Shown: positions 29,163 to 39,572 of the stretch, piece by piece | Position numbering within the stretch: the first letter of the stretch is position 1 | Layout: every line of letters starts with the position of its first letter | From: Arcobacteraceae bacterium | GTDB lineage: Bacteria; Campylobacterota; Campylobacteria; Campylobacterales; Arcobacteraceae | Assembly: GCA_963662945.1 (NCBI GenBank) | Contig: OY759974.1 | Span: forward strand, 96,001-160,000 | Reading direction: 5' to 3' | DNA: 64,000 nucleotides | Position numbers and translations under genes: made by a program | Notes under the pieces: model-generated | Databases searched by the model: none | What the model saw: the letters and a program-made list of their open reading frames with translations, nothing else | Told to the model about the DNA's origin: nothing

Positions 29163-30116
29163 TTATCCTTTTAGTAATTTTTGGATTTTACTTTGTAATT
29201 TTAACCAGATTCTATGTTCCATTAAAGGAAAACCAGCCCACTGTTTTTTAGGCTCTTTAATAGACTTTGTAACGCCACCACGTGCAGCGATTGTCGTAAA
29301 TGGTGCAATTTCTAGATGACCTGATGTGCCACTTTGTCCACCCATTATAACATATTGATTTAACTTCGTTGACCCAGAAAGTCCTACTTGTCCAACTATT
29401 ATTGAACCTTTTCCTATTATACAGTTATGGGCAATATGTACAAGATTATCAATTCTAACACCATCTTCAATTTTTGTTGCATTAAAAGCTGCTCTATCTA
29501 TAGATGTATTTGAACCTATTTCAACATCATTCCCAATGATAACATTACCATTTTGATATATTTTAATATATTTTCCATCTTTAGTATGTGCAAAACCAAA
29601 TCCATCACTACCAATTACTGTACCTGAATGTATAATACAATGACTTCCAATAACACAGTCTCTATAAACAGTCGTATTTGGATAAATTATTGTATTTGTA
29701 CCTATTGATACATTATCCCCAATAAATGCCCCTGCCATAATAGTACAATTATTGCCTATAATAGTATTTTTACCTATAAATACATTTTCCATTATAGTAC
29801 AATTTTGACCAATAACAGGTTCTTGACCTTCTATTTCTAAAACTTTAGGAGCAAAAAATGCACTAGCATATGCTAAACTTAAATATGGTTCATCAGTAAC
29901 TAAAGCAATGGTCTCTTTAGGAACCATATCAATTAAATCTCGTGTAACAAAAACTGCTGCTGCTTGTGTGTTTTTTAAATCATCTTGATATTTTTTATTT
30001 TCTAAAAAAGATATTTCATTTTTATTAGCATCTTTTAATGTATTTAAACCAGATACTTTTATATCAACTTCACAATTTATATTAAGACTTTTACAAATAT
30101 CTTTTAAATTTAACAC
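29163..30116 (-). CDS. lpxD: UDP-3-O-(3-hydroxymyristoyl)glucosamine N-acyltransferase
   Basis: Hexapeptide repeats, [19 protein letters not shown]. Confidence 0.96.
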   Translation of the reverse strand: MLNLKDICKSLNINCEVDIKVSGLNTLKDANKNEISFLENKKYQDDLKNTQAAAVFVTRDLIDMVPKETIALVTDEPYLSLAYASAFFAPKVLEIEGQEPVIGQNCTIMENVFIGKNTIIGNNCTIMAGAFIGDNVSIGTNTIIYPNTTVYRDCVIGSHCIIHSGTVIGSDGFGFAHTKDGKYIKIYQNGNVIIGNDVEIGSNTSIDRAAFNATKIEDGVRIDNLVHIAHNCIIGKGSIIVGQVGLSGSTKLNQYVIMGGQSGTSGHLEIAPFTTIAARGGVTKSIKEPKKQWAGFPLMEHRIWLKLQSKIQKLLKG

Positions 30117-30134
30117 TTACAAATTCCCTTAACT

Positions 30135-30632
30135 TTATCTTTCCATTGCCACAACACCACTTCTTACAATTTCAAGTGGTTTATATTTTGCCATTATATT
30201 TACAAAATTTTCTATTCTATGTGGTTCATCTGTTGCTGAAATCACAACAGCATCATGAGTAACATTTTGTATAGCACCATTATATGCTCTTGCTATCACA
30301 TCAATATCACTTAAATTTTCCTCAATTGGAATTTTAATTAGAACTGTATCTTTTTCAATAGCATCTTTATGCTCAATAACTTTTAATACTGGCACCAGTT
30401 TATTTAATTGTTTTACAATTTGATCAATAACTCTAGCAACACCTACAGTGATAATTGTAATTCTAGAATATTCGCTATTTGGTATTGGAGCAACTGTAAG
30501 AGAATCTATATTATAACCACGTGCAGAAAAAAGGTCAACAATTCTACTTAATACTGATTCTCTATTTATTACGATTACGGAAAGAACTTCTCTTTTTTCT
30601 TCTTTGCTATAAAAATCTTTAAAGTTATTCAT
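30135..30632 (-). CDS. ilvH: Acetolactate synthase small subunit
   Basis: ACT domain, LFSARGYNIDSLTV, KQLNKL, EIVRSG. Confidence 0.93.
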   Translation of the reverse strand: MNNFKDFYSKEEKREVLSVIVINRESVLSRIVDLFSARGYNIDSLTVAPIPNSEYSRITIITVGVARVIDQIVKQLNKLVPVLKVIEHKDAIEKDTVLIKIPIEENLSDIDVIARAYNGAIQNVTHDAVVISATDEPHRIENFVNIMAKYKPLEIVRSGVVAMER

Positions 30633-32359
30633 TATTTTGCTCCTTGGCTTTTTTCTAACAATAACATCTCATCAAGAGCATGTCCATTTGGTACCATTGG
30701 AAGAACTTCCTCTCGTCTATCAATCATAACCTCAATCATAGCAACTTTATTTGAAGCAACTGCATCTTTTAATGCAGCATCAAATTCCTCTTTCGTATGA
30801 ACTTTATATCCAACACCACCCATTGATTGCGCTAGCATTGTAAAGTCAGCTTGTATCTCTAGATTAGTCTCAGAAAGTCTATCTTCATAAAATCTAGTTT
30901 GCCATTGTCTAACCATACCTAAATAGTTATTATTTAAAATAATATTAATATGTGGTAAATTATATTGAGTACAAGTTATTATCTCTTGTATATTCATCAT
31001 TATACTACCATCACCTGTAAAGTTTACAGATATTTTATCAGGATTTGCTCTTTTTGTTCCCATAGCATAAGGAAGCCCTACTCCCATAGTACCTAAACCA
31101 CCACTAGTCATCCATTGTCTTGGATAATTAAATGGATAAAATTGCGCTGTCCACATTTGGTGTTGTCCAACATCTGTAGAGATAAGTGCATCATCACCTA
31201 AAAGCTCGCCTGTTCGTTGAATTACCCATTGAGGCTTTAATCTATCACTATCTTCAAAATATCTTAAAGGATGTTCTTTTCTATAACCTTTTAATTTTTC
31301 AATCCAAGGAGTATAATCATTAAATTCAAAATCTTTTGTATGTTCTAGAATTTGCTTCATAACAACAGCCAAATCACCAACTATAGGATAGTTAGGTTTT
31401 ACTATTTTAGCAATACTTGCTGGATCAATATCTACATGAACAACATGTGCTTTTTTAGCAAATACATCTAGTCTACCAGTAACTCTATCATCAAATCTAG
31501 CCCCAAGACAAATAATCATATCTGTTTCACTCATAGCCATATTTGCAGCATATTCACCATGCATACCAAGCATACCAAATAAAAGTTCATCATCATGTCT
31601 CATAATACCACGAGCCATTAATGTTTCAACAACAGGTATATTTGTTTGATGTGCGAAAGCTCTAATATCTTCATAACAATTTGATAATACAGCACCACCA
31701 CCAACATATAATACTGGTCGTTTTGCTTCACTGATATGTTTTAATGCACCTTTAATTTGTCTAATATTACCTTTAGTAGTTGGTTTGTATGTCGGTAACT
31801 CAAACTCTTGATCATAATTAAAATCTGCTAAATCTGCACTCACATCTTTTGGTAAATCTATATGTACAGGTCCTGGTCTTCCAGTTCTTGCTATATGAAA
31901 AGCTATTTTTAATACTCTCGTTAAATCTTTTACATCATTTACTAAAAAATTATGTTTTGTACATGGTCTACTAATACCAACTGCATCTATTTCTTGAAAT
32001 GCATCTGTACCTATAACTGCTGTTGGTACTTGTCCACTAATTACAACCATAGGAATACTGTCTGTATAAGCTGTAGCTAGTCCTGTAACTGCATTTGTAA
32101 ATCCAGGACCAGATGTAACAATTGCAACACCTACTTTTCCACTACTTCTAGCATATGCATCAGCAGCATGTACTGCTGCTTGTTCATGTTTTGTAAGTAT
32201 ATGTTGGAAATGATTTTGTTTATAAATCTCATCATATACGTTCATTATAGCACCACCAGGATATCCAAATACAACTTCTGTATTTTCCCTTCTTAATGCT
32301 TCTATTACGATTTGTGAACCTGTTAATTGTCCACTAGTATTATTTGATTTGTAACTCAT
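30632..32359 (-). CDS. ilvI: Acetolactate synthase large subunit
   Basis: FGYPGGA, TSGPGFTN, DVGQHQMW and the TPP motif GDGS...NN. Confidence 0.95.
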   Translation of the reverse strand: MSYKSNNTSGQLTGSQIVIEALRRENTEVVFGYPGGAIMNVYDEIYKQNHFQHILTKHEQAAVHAADAYARSSGKVGVAIVTSGPGFTNAVTGLATAYTDSIPMVVISGQVPTAVIGTDAFQEIDAVGISRPCTKHNFLVNDVKDLTRVLKIAFHIARTGRPGPVHIDLPKDVSADLADFNYDQEFELPTYKPTTKGNIRQIKGALKHISEAKRPVLYVGGGAVLSNCYEDIRAFAHQTNIPVVETLMARGIMRHDDELLFGMLGMHGEYAANMAMSETDMIICLGARFDDRVTGRLDVFAKKAHVVHVDIDPASIAKIVKPNYPIVGDLAVVMKQILEHTKDFEFNDYTPWIEKLKGYRKEHPLRYFEDSDRLKPQWVIQRTGELLGDDALISTDVGQHQMWTAQFYPFNYPRQWMTSGGLGTMGVGLPYAMGTKRANPDKISVNFTGDGSIMMNIQEIITCTQYNLPHINIILNNNYLGMVRQWQTRFYEDRLSETNLEIQADFTMLAQSMGGVGYKVHTKEEFDAALKDAVASNKVAMIEVMIDRREEVLPMVPNGHALDEMLLLEKSQGAK

Positions 32360-32542
32360 ATAATTTCTCTTTCTTTAAAAATATTTGGATTTTATCTAAA
32401 TGAATATTAAGAGTTTATAAGAGTAAAAAACTATAGAATTTAAGTAAAATTTAAAAAAAACTACTATTTAAGTTAATTTTAAGAAAAGAATAATAAAAAA
32501 TGGTGTATAATTAGTTACAAAATAAAAAAGGAGGTACTTATT

Positions 32543-33277
32543 ATGGAACTAACTCAATTAAATAGTTTAAATTTTTCTAGTGTTGCTCAGTCAAGTATTG
32601 AACAAGTTCAAACTAAAAAATCAGTTGAAATAGCTTCTGATAATAAGCCTTTAAAAGTAGATAATCCAATTGAATTATCTAGTACAGCTAAAAGTTCATT
32701 TGCAAATAATCTCATGAATAACATTAAACAGATTTCAACTGGTATGAATATTCAATCTGCTATTTCTAAACAATTAGAAATAACTAATAAAATTGAACAG
32801 TCAATAACATCAGTTATATCAAATTCAAAAAAGAATTTAAATGATATTCAACCGGAGATTAAAAACTTAATGGATGGTTTTAATAACTATTCAAGTAAAA
32901 TATCTACTTCTATAAGTGCAATTTCAGGTAACTCTACTGATAATGAAAAAAGTAGAATATATTTTGATGGTATTTTAGGTGCAAAACCATTAAGTAGTGA
33001 AGAGATATTAGCAGAAGTGGAATCACAAAGAGAAAGACTTCAAAATATCAATAAAGCTGCTAATGATGAAGTTTTAAACAATATTCAAAAGTCACACAAT
33101 ATGTTTAGTGCTCAAAAACAAGAACTTATTGATAAAGAACCTCAAGTTCAAAAATTTGATTTTAATATTGAAAGCAATAATTTTGACGCAAAAACGCTAC
33201 AAAACATACAAGGTTCTATCACTGATACACAAGCAAATGCCCAAGTAGATCAAAGTGTAAAACTTCTTGCTTCATAA
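32543..33277 (+). CDS. Highly degenerate flagellin-fold protein
   Basis: Aligns by eye with 18649-19458 at both termini (SVxxSSIE...ASD...KSS; D.....NF....L....G....TQANA......LL). AAGGAGG RBS and a TATAAT -10 box upstream. Confidence 0.6.
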   Translation: MELTQLNSLNFSSVAQSSIEQVQTKKSVEIASDNKPLKVDNPIELSSTAKSSFANNLMNNIKQISTGMNIQSAISKQLEITNKIEQSITSVISNSKKNLNDIQPEIKNLMDGFNNYSSKISTSISAISGNSTDNEKSRIYFDGILGAKPLSSEEILAEVESQRERLQNINKAANDEVLNNIQKSHNMFSAQKQELIDKEPQVQKFDFNIESNNFDAKTLQNIQGSITDTQANAQVDQSVKLLAS

Positions 33278-33301
33278 AGATATCACATACTTTTCTGAAT
33301 T

Positions 33302-33865
33302 TTAAGGATGTGGTATTTTTACTTTTGAATTTAATAAATATCCAATAACTATCATTAATATTAATACTATATTTTCATTAGGTATAAGTTCATAAATCCA
33401 TCCTAAATATACACACCAAAGTAAGATAGCACCAAGAGGTGTTGGTATTCCAGTAAAGTGTTTACTTACTTCGCCTACATGAGAATTAAGATTAAATTGT
33501 ATTAATCTTCTTAATCCAGAGATAACATAATATATAAATGCGAAAGCTACAAATCCTGTATTTAAAAAGTTAATCTCTTTACCATCGATTACACCAAAAA
33601 ATATAAACATTACTGGTACTATTACAAATGATAAAAAATCACCAAAAGAATCTAATTGAATTCCAAATTCAGTTGATAAATTATATTTTCTTGCAATTTT
33701 TCCATCCAAGATGTCAAAAGCCCCAGCAAGCCAAGCAAATAATGCTGCTGCAAAAAAATCATTATGTGTTAAAAAATATATTGCTAATATCCCTGAGGTG
33801 ATATTAAAAAACGTAACTATATTAGCTAAGTTAAAATGATTGTCTTTATTAAATAAAAATGTCAT
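33302..33865 (-). CDS. pssA: CDP-alcohol phosphatidyltransferase, phosphatidylserine synthase type
   Basis: DILDGKIAR...FGIQLDSFGD motif and FTGIPTP. Confidence 0.8.
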   Translation of the reverse strand: MTFLFNKDNHFNLANIVTFFNITSGILAIYFLTHNDFFAAALFAWLAGAFDILDGKIARKYNLSTEFGIQLDSFGDFLSFVIVPVMFIFFGVIDGKEINFLNTGFVAFAFIYYVISGLRRLIQFNLNSHVGEVSKHFTGIPTPLGAILLWCVYLGWIYELIPNENIVLILMIVIGYLLNSKVKIPHP

Positions 33866-34923
33866 AATGTGTATTGATCCCTTCCATACTCTTTTGATTG
33901 ATAAAGTTTTTTATCTGCAAGTTTATATATATCTGTTCTTGACATATGATATATAGTTTTATCAATTAAAACTACACCCATAGATAAAGTTAAAAAACCA
34001 GTTTTACTTGCACTATGCTTTACTTTTTGTGCAGCAATAGCATTTTGTAATATTTTCAATCTTTTTTCTAATGTTACTCTATTTATATTAAAAATTAAAA
34101 TACCAAACTCTTCCCCACCTAATCTAAAAACATAATCGTATTCATCTTTAAATAATGTATCTAAGACATTTGCAACAGTTTTTAAAGCAATATCTCCAGC
34201 ATCATGACCATAAGTATCATTATATTGTTTAAAAAAATCTATATCAATCATTACAAATGCACTTTCCCAATTATTTTCATAACTAACTGCTGTTGTTTCA
34301 TCCAAAATACTGTCAAAATATTTTCTATTGTAAAGCCCTGTCAATCCATCTGTAATAGAATCTGATTTATACTTATTTACTAAATATTCAAGTTTATTAT
34401 GATTTTTAATTGTACTAATAATTGTTATTAAAATAAATATACCAATTGAAATAATGATAAATATTTGATTATAAAATAGATAATTTTTAACACTATCGTA
34501 TTTTTCCAAAAACTTTTTACGCTGTAAAGAAGCAGATGATACTTCATATTGTATTAATAAATCAATTTGTTTTGTCATATAATCATAAAACTGTATATTT
34601 TGCTTTTTAAAAGAATTATTAACTTGTTTATTAATTTTATTAACAACTTCTCGTTCTTGTATAGTTTTATATTGAGAATTATAATAATTCCAATTTTCTA
34701 AAATTACGTTTTTACTTTTTACTATTTCTGTAGGTTTATTGATTAAATTTTTATATTCACTTTTAATTATATGTAGTTTATGTACAGGGATAAAATTACC
34801 AAAATAAATATTATCAATTTGATTTTTTAACTTTTCAATTTCTGATGAAAATAAAAAACTTATGTAAACAAGAGCAACAAGTACAATAATTGGTAGTGCT
34901 AATAATTTATAATTTAACTTCAT
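33862..34923 (-). CDS. Membrane diguanylate cyclase with a four-helix-bundle (MCP-like) periplasmic sensor
   Basis: TM, IDNIYFGNFIPVHKL, TM, then DGLTGLYNR, DIDFFKQYNDTYGHDAGD and RLGGEEF. Confidence 0.9.
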   Translation of the reverse strand: MKLNYKLLALPIIVLVALVYISFLFSSEIEKLKNQIDNIYFGNFIPVHKLHIIKSEYKNLINKPTEIVKSKNVILENWNYYNSQYKTIQEREVVNKINKQVNNSFKKQNIQFYDYMTKQIDLLIQYEVSSASLQRKKFLEKYDSVKNYLFYNQIFIIISIGIFILITIISTIKNHNKLEYLVNKYKSDSITDGLTGLYNRKYFDSILDETTAVSYENNWESAFVMIDIDFFKQYNDTYGHDAGDIALKTVANVLDTLFKDEYDYVFRLGGEEFGILIFNINRVTLEKRLKILQNAIAAQKVKHSASKTGFLTLSMGVVLIDKTIYHMSRTDIYKLADKKLYQSKEYGRDQYTL

Positions 34924-34926
34924 TAA

Positions 34927-36021
34927 TTATTTTCTTTTTCCATTAGCAAAATCCATAATATACTGCGCTATATCGTCAAGATGACATATATCTTTCACAG
35001 CACCTGCTTTGATCGCTTGAGCAGGCATTCCAAATACAACACAACTTTCTTCATTTTGGGCAACTGTATAGGCACCATTATCATGTAAATTTTTCATAGC
35101 AATCGTTCCATCATCACCCATACCAGTCATCATTACGGCCATCGCCCCACCACCTGCACTATTGTTTAAACTTCTAAACATAACATCAACACTCGGTTTA
35201 TGACGGCTTACTTTTGTAACATCTAATAAACTAGCAACATAATTTGGACCTTTTTTATTAATTACTAAATGCATATTACCAGGAGCAAGATATGCGTGTC
35301 CTTTTTCTAAAATAACCTCTGATTGAACTTCAGAAACTATGACTTTTGAATGGTCATTTAACCTCTGTGCAAATGAACTTGAAAATCCATACGGTATATG
35401 TTGTGTAATTACAATAGGTGGAAGATTCGATGGAAGATTTTTAAACACTCTTAATAATGATTCAACTCCTCCTGTTGAAGAACCTATCCCAATAATTTTA
35501 GGACCAGGCATTAATGCTGGATTGTTTTTTATTACTTTATCAGGATGAACTTTTTCTTCGATTAAACTTTCTGATATGTGAGCCCTCTTCACTTGTTGTT
35601 CAATTGGTTTAATTGGTTTTGGTTTTTTCAGAGTATATTTATTAAGTAAAAATGTTAAATTAAGAAGTGTTTCTTTAATTCTTTCACTAAAAGAGCTCAT
35701 TGATTCACCTAATGCTGGTTTTGAAACAAAACCTACAGCCCCATCATCAAATATATCATTTCCTCTAACACTTTCACCTGAAATAACAACTGCAGGCATC
35801 GGATGTAATCGCATTAAATTTCTTAAAAATGTTACACCATCCATTTTGGGCATATTTATATCTATAGTAACTAAATCCGGTTCTAATTGTTTAATTTTTT
35901 CTCTAGCTTCATATGCATCTGCTGCTGTATCTACAACAGCAAAATCTTCGATGGAATTAATAAAATCACTAATTAGCTTTCTCATTGAAACAGAATCATC
36001 AATCACAAGTACCGTATACAT
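34927..36021 (-). CDS. cheB: Chemotaxis methylesterase response regulator
   Basis: Receiver domain (DDS, DINMPKMDG) plus GSSTGG, QH, HKPSVD and TGMGDDG. Confidence 0.96.
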   Translation of the reverse strand: MYTVLVIDDSVSMRKLISDFINSIEDFAVVDTAADAYEAREKIKQLEPDLVTIDINMPKMDGVTFLRNLMRLHPMPAVVISGESVRGNDIFDDGAVGFVSKPALGESMSSFSERIKETLLNLTFLLNKYTLKKPKPIKPIEQQVKRAHISESLIEEKVHPDKVIKNNPALMPGPKIIGIGSSTGGVESLLRVFKNLPSNLPPIVITQHIPYGFSSSFAQRLNDHSKVIVSEVQSEVILEKGHAYLAPGNMHLVINKKGPNYVASLLDVTKVSRHKPSVDVMFRSLNNSAGGGAMAVMMTGMGDDGTIAMKNLHDNGAYTVAQNEESCVVFGMPAQAIKAGAVKDICHLDDIAQYIMDFANGKRK

Positions 36022-36042
36022 TATTATCTTACTCCAAGCTCA

Positions 36043-36720
36043 TTAGAAAAATTCCATTTCCATTGTATCACTAGATTTACCATCTTCACTAAAAATTCCT
36101 GTTCCACTAATGTATTCAGCAGTTGCTGGTTGTCTAATAGAAAGTTCTCGTTGAAGTTTTTTCTCTTCTGCAACCACTTCATTTGATGTATTTTTATTAT
36201 CAACATTTTTAATAAAAGTTTCAAATCGATCACCCATAAGAATAACTCTTCCAGCATTGCCTCTAGTATGGTCTGATATTATACGAAACCCTTCTGATTG
36301 ACAAAATGTGTGTGCAAATTCAACATTTCTATGACCTATACTCTTTCCAAATGTTGGCATATTCATAATATCTGCACCACCTGATATTTTAGCAGCCATA
36401 TTCATTTTAGTACATCCTAATTTATACATTTCATTAAGCATAGCCTCTACAGAATAAAGTCCGTATTTCATATCTTCATTAGAATTTTCTGTTGCAGGGA
36501 GTAAAAAATGATTCATCCCTTTAATTTGCTTTACTTTATCATAAAACATAATAGCTACACAAGATCCAAGTAATGTTTTAAAAGCTACATTTTCACTATC
36601 TGCAACTACTGCAAATTCTCCACCAATAATAGTATGTGTAGGCATTCCTTTTACAATTTGTGTTATTCTTGTACTTGAAATTTTTTCAATTGATCCATCT
36701 TTATGACCAAGAGTAATCAT
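36043..36720 (-). CDS. cheD: Chemoreceptor glutamine deamidase
   Basis: TLLGSCVA, GMNHFLLP, KISGGA, IGHRN. Confidence 0.93.
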   Translation of the reverse strand: MITLGHKDGSIEKISSTRITQIVKGMPTHTIIGGEFAVVADSENVAFKTLLGSCVAIMFYDKVKQIKGMNHFLLPATENSNEDMKYGLYSVEAMLNEMYKLGCTKMNMAAKISGGADIMNMPTFGKSIGHRNVEFAHTFCQSEGFRIISDHTRGNAGRVILMGDRFETFIKNVDNKNTSNEVVAEEKKLQRELSIRQPATAEYISGTGIFSEDGKSSDTMEMEFF

Positions 36721-37547
36721 ACTATATCCTTCACTTTTACAAAAATATTTTGTCCAACTCTTTTAGTATAGTTAATTAAGTCATGAGGATTTTCAGAATG
36801 TCCAATATAAAGAGTTCCACCTATTTTAAGAGTTCTAAAAAGTTTTTTTAATATTTTATTCTGATCTTCAATTGAAAAATAAATAAGTACATTCCTACAA
36901 AAAACAACATCAAATTGATGTGTATCAAAAGGATATATATCATCATTTAAATTCATTTGACCAAAAGTAATCATATTTTTCAAATCATCATTGACTTTAA
37001 TAAGTATTTCATCACCCGCTAAATTTTTTTGAATTCTTCTCTTAAAATATTTTTGTGGTTTAATCCAAGATGGAAACTCTTTTGAGCTTTTTTGAAACCT
37101 ATAAATCCCATTTGCCGCAGCTTGTAAAACATCAGTATCTATATCGGTTGCAATGATTGATGCTCTCATTGTACTACTAAATTCTCTTACAGTCATCGCC
37201 ATCGAATATGGTTCTTCACCTGTTGATGCTGCAGAACAATACATTTTAATCTCTTTATTTAATTTATCAAATTCTGGTAAAACCCGTGTTTTTAAATCCT
37301 CAAAATGAAAATCTTCTCTAAAAAAATGAGTCTTATTTGTAGTAAATGTATTTATAAACTCTTTTGTATATTCACCATTTTCTATTTTTTCCAATAACAC
37401 TGATATATCACCAGTATATTTTGTATTTCTTCGTAATTTATCCAGTCTATTTGCTATCATGACTTCTTTATTCTCTGTCAGGGTAATACCTGTCAAAGAA
37501 TAAAGTATAGATTTTACTTTATCATATAATTGTTGAGTGGTCGACAT
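36717..37547 (-). CDS. cheR: Chemotaxis methyltransferase
   Basis: TTNKTHFFRE, SAASTGEEPYS, ATDID, CRNVLIYF, GHSE. Confidence 0.96.
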   Translation of the reverse strand: MSTTQQLYDKVKSILYSLTGITLTENKEVMIANRLDKLRRNTKYTGDISVLLEKIENGEYTKEFINTFTTNKTHFFREDFHFEDLKTRVLPEFDKLNKEIKMYCSAASTGEEPYSMAMTVREFSSTMRASIIATDIDTDVLQAAANGIYRFQKSSKEFPSWIKPQKYFKRRIQKNLAGDEILIKVNDDLKNMITFGQMNLNDDIYPFDTHQFDVVFCRNVLIYFSIEDQNKILKKLFRTLKIGGTLYIGHSENPHDLINYTKRVGQNIFVKVKDIV

Positions 37548-37556
37548 TTGTACTTA

Positions 37557-39554
37557 TTATGAAGCAGCTAAATGATTTTTACGTGGTTCTCTATGATCTG
37601 CATGAGACAATTCTGATTTTTTTTGTGCCTCTATAATACCCATTACATCAATAATTAAACCGATACTTCCATCTCCTCTAACTGTAGCAGCACCAATACC
37701 TTCAACACTTCTAAAGTTTTTATCAAGTGGCTTCACAACAACTTGATGTTGATGTAAAAATTCATCTATAAACATTGCAATTTTAGTTGCACCTGATTTT
37801 ACAACTATTAACATACCTTCTTCAAGTTTTGTATGTTTTGGTTCAATATCAAATAACTGATGTAATCTTACAACAGGAATAAATTCTTCTCTTAACATTA
37901 ATAAATCTTGTGTTCCATCACCAATTCTTTTAATCATCTCTGAAGTTGGTTGTAGTGATTCAACAATTGCACTTAATGGTAAAATATATTTTACATTTCC
38001 AACAGCAATATCTAATCCATCAAGAATAGCAAGTGTTAATGGTAACATAATAGTAATTGTTGTCCCTACACCTATTTCTGTATCAAGATTAATAACTCCA
38101 CCCAATTTAGTAATATTTGTTTTTACAACATCCATACCAACACCACGACCTGATATATCTGTTATCTGATCTGCTGTACTTACCCCTGCTCCAAATATAA
38201 GCATTGCTTTTTCATTATCACTCATTGATGCTAATTGTTGTTCATCGATAAGACCATTTTCTAATGATTTTTGTGCAACTTTATCTGCTGGAATCCCTTT
38301 ACCATCATCTTTTATAGTAATAATCATTTGTCCATTTGCTTGTTCTGCAGAAATAAGGATAGTCCCTGTTTCAGGTTTTCCTGCTGCAATTCTATCTTCT
38401 GGCATTTCAATACCATGATCTAAAGAGTTTCTAATAATATGCATTAATGGATCAGTAAGCCCTTCAATCATAGCTTTATCAATTTCAACGCTATCACCCT
38501 CATGTTTAAACTCTATTTTTTTCTTAAGTTTTTTTGAAATATCTCTTACAACTTTAGGAAATTTAGAATAAATTGATTCCATTGGTACCATTCGAATACT
38601 CATAATTGAATCTTGCATATCCCTAATATGTCTTTCAAGTAATTCAAGTCTTTCTAATACAGAATTTCTTACTTTACTTTCTCTAATAGTAGTACTATAT
38701 TGTGTCAACATAGCATTTGTTATAACTAAATCTCCAACATTATTCATTAAAAGATCTATTTTATCAAGATTAACTCTAATTGTACTTGCCGCAGCTTTTT
38801 TAGAAGGTTCTTCTTTCTCTACTACTTTTGATTTTGATGGTGTTGCAGCTTTAGGTGCTTCTGATACTGGTTTAACTTCTGTAATAACTGGTTCTTCTAC
38901 TTTTGATACAGGTTCAATTTTAGATTCAGGTGTAATTTTTTCAGCTTCATCAAAAAAACCAAAATTTTCATCACTATTGATACTGTCATTAGTTGTATTC
39001 CCTGACACTTCTACTTCTTCTTCACCAAAAAATCCCCAAGAATCACTATTAGATGATTGCACTGGCGTAGTCTCTTGTATTTCTACAGGTTTTGTTGCTA
39101 CTTCAACTGTTGATACTGGTATTTTTTGAGCTGGTTCTGCAGGAGTAGATTCTCCACTCATATATGCTCTAATTGTAACTAAAAGATCAGATGTCATTTC
39201 AGTGAACTTTTCTCTATCCATTTCACCATCACACTCCATTTGAAGTATCTCTTTCATTACATCTAAACCATCCATCAATGTCCCAGCCATTTCAGGTATA
39301 AATTCAATCTGGTGATTTCTAAGCTTATCCATCATGTTTTCAACATCATGTGTAAACTCTGCAAAAAAAGCTAATTCAACAGAAGCACCGCTACCTTTTA
39401 ATGTATGTACATCTCTAAATAATTGACCCATTTCATCATCAGTTAATGTACCATTATTCTCTGCTTCTAATAAAACGTTGTCTGCTGATTCAAAAAGTTC
39501 TTCCGCTTCCTCAACAAACATATCTCTATACATTGATATATCAAATCCAGACAT
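37557..39554 (-). CDS. cheA: Chemotaxis histidine kinase (no folded P2 domain evident)
   Basis: HPt FRDVHTLKG, dimerisation domain, HIIRNSLDHG, SGRGVGMDVV, C-terminal CheW-like domain. Confidence 0.96.
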   Translation of the reverse strand: MSGFDISMYRDMFVEEAEELFESADNVLLEAENNGTLTDDEMGQLFRDVHTLKGSGASVELAFFAEFTHDVENMMDKLRNHQIEFIPEMAGTLMDGLDVMKEILQMECDGEMDREKFTEMTSDLLVTIRAYMSGESTPAEPAQKIPVSTVEVATKPVEIQETTPVQSSNSDSWGFFGEEEVEVSGNTTNDSINSDENFGFFDEAEKITPESKIEPVSKVEEPVITEVKPVSEAPKAATPSKSKVVEKEEPSKKAAASTIRVNLDKIDLLMNNVGDLVITNAMLTQYSTTIRESKVRNSVLERLELLERHIRDMQDSIMSIRMVPMESIYSKFPKVVRDISKKLKKKIEFKHEGDSVEIDKAMIEGLTDPLMHIIRNSLDHGIEMPEDRIAAGKPETGTILISAEQANGQMIITIKDDGKGIPADKVAQKSLENGLIDEQQLASMSDNEKAMLIFGAGVSTADQITDISGRGVGMDVVKTNITKLGGVINLDTEIGVGTTITIMLPLTLAILDGLDIAVGNVKYILPLSAIVESLQPTSEMIKRIGDGTQDLLMLREEFIPVVRLHQLFDIEPKHTKLEEGMLIVVKSGATKIAMFIDEFLHQHQVVVKPLDKNFRSVEGIGAATVRGDGSIGLIIDVMGIIEAQKKSELSHADHREPRKNHLAAS

Positions 39555-39572
39555 TTTACACCCTTTTATTTA

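Noticed and set aside
29160-29168. LpxD-FtsK fusion by readthrough of the in-frame TAA
   Set aside because: UAA is an efficient stop, a well-placed AAGGA supports re-initiation, and a trimeric soluble enzyme fused to a hexameric membrane translocase is implausible.
36024-36257. 77-aa alternative-frame ORF overlapping the cheD 3' end
   Set aside because: No RBS or motif, and cheD is complete in its own frame, so no frameshift is needed.
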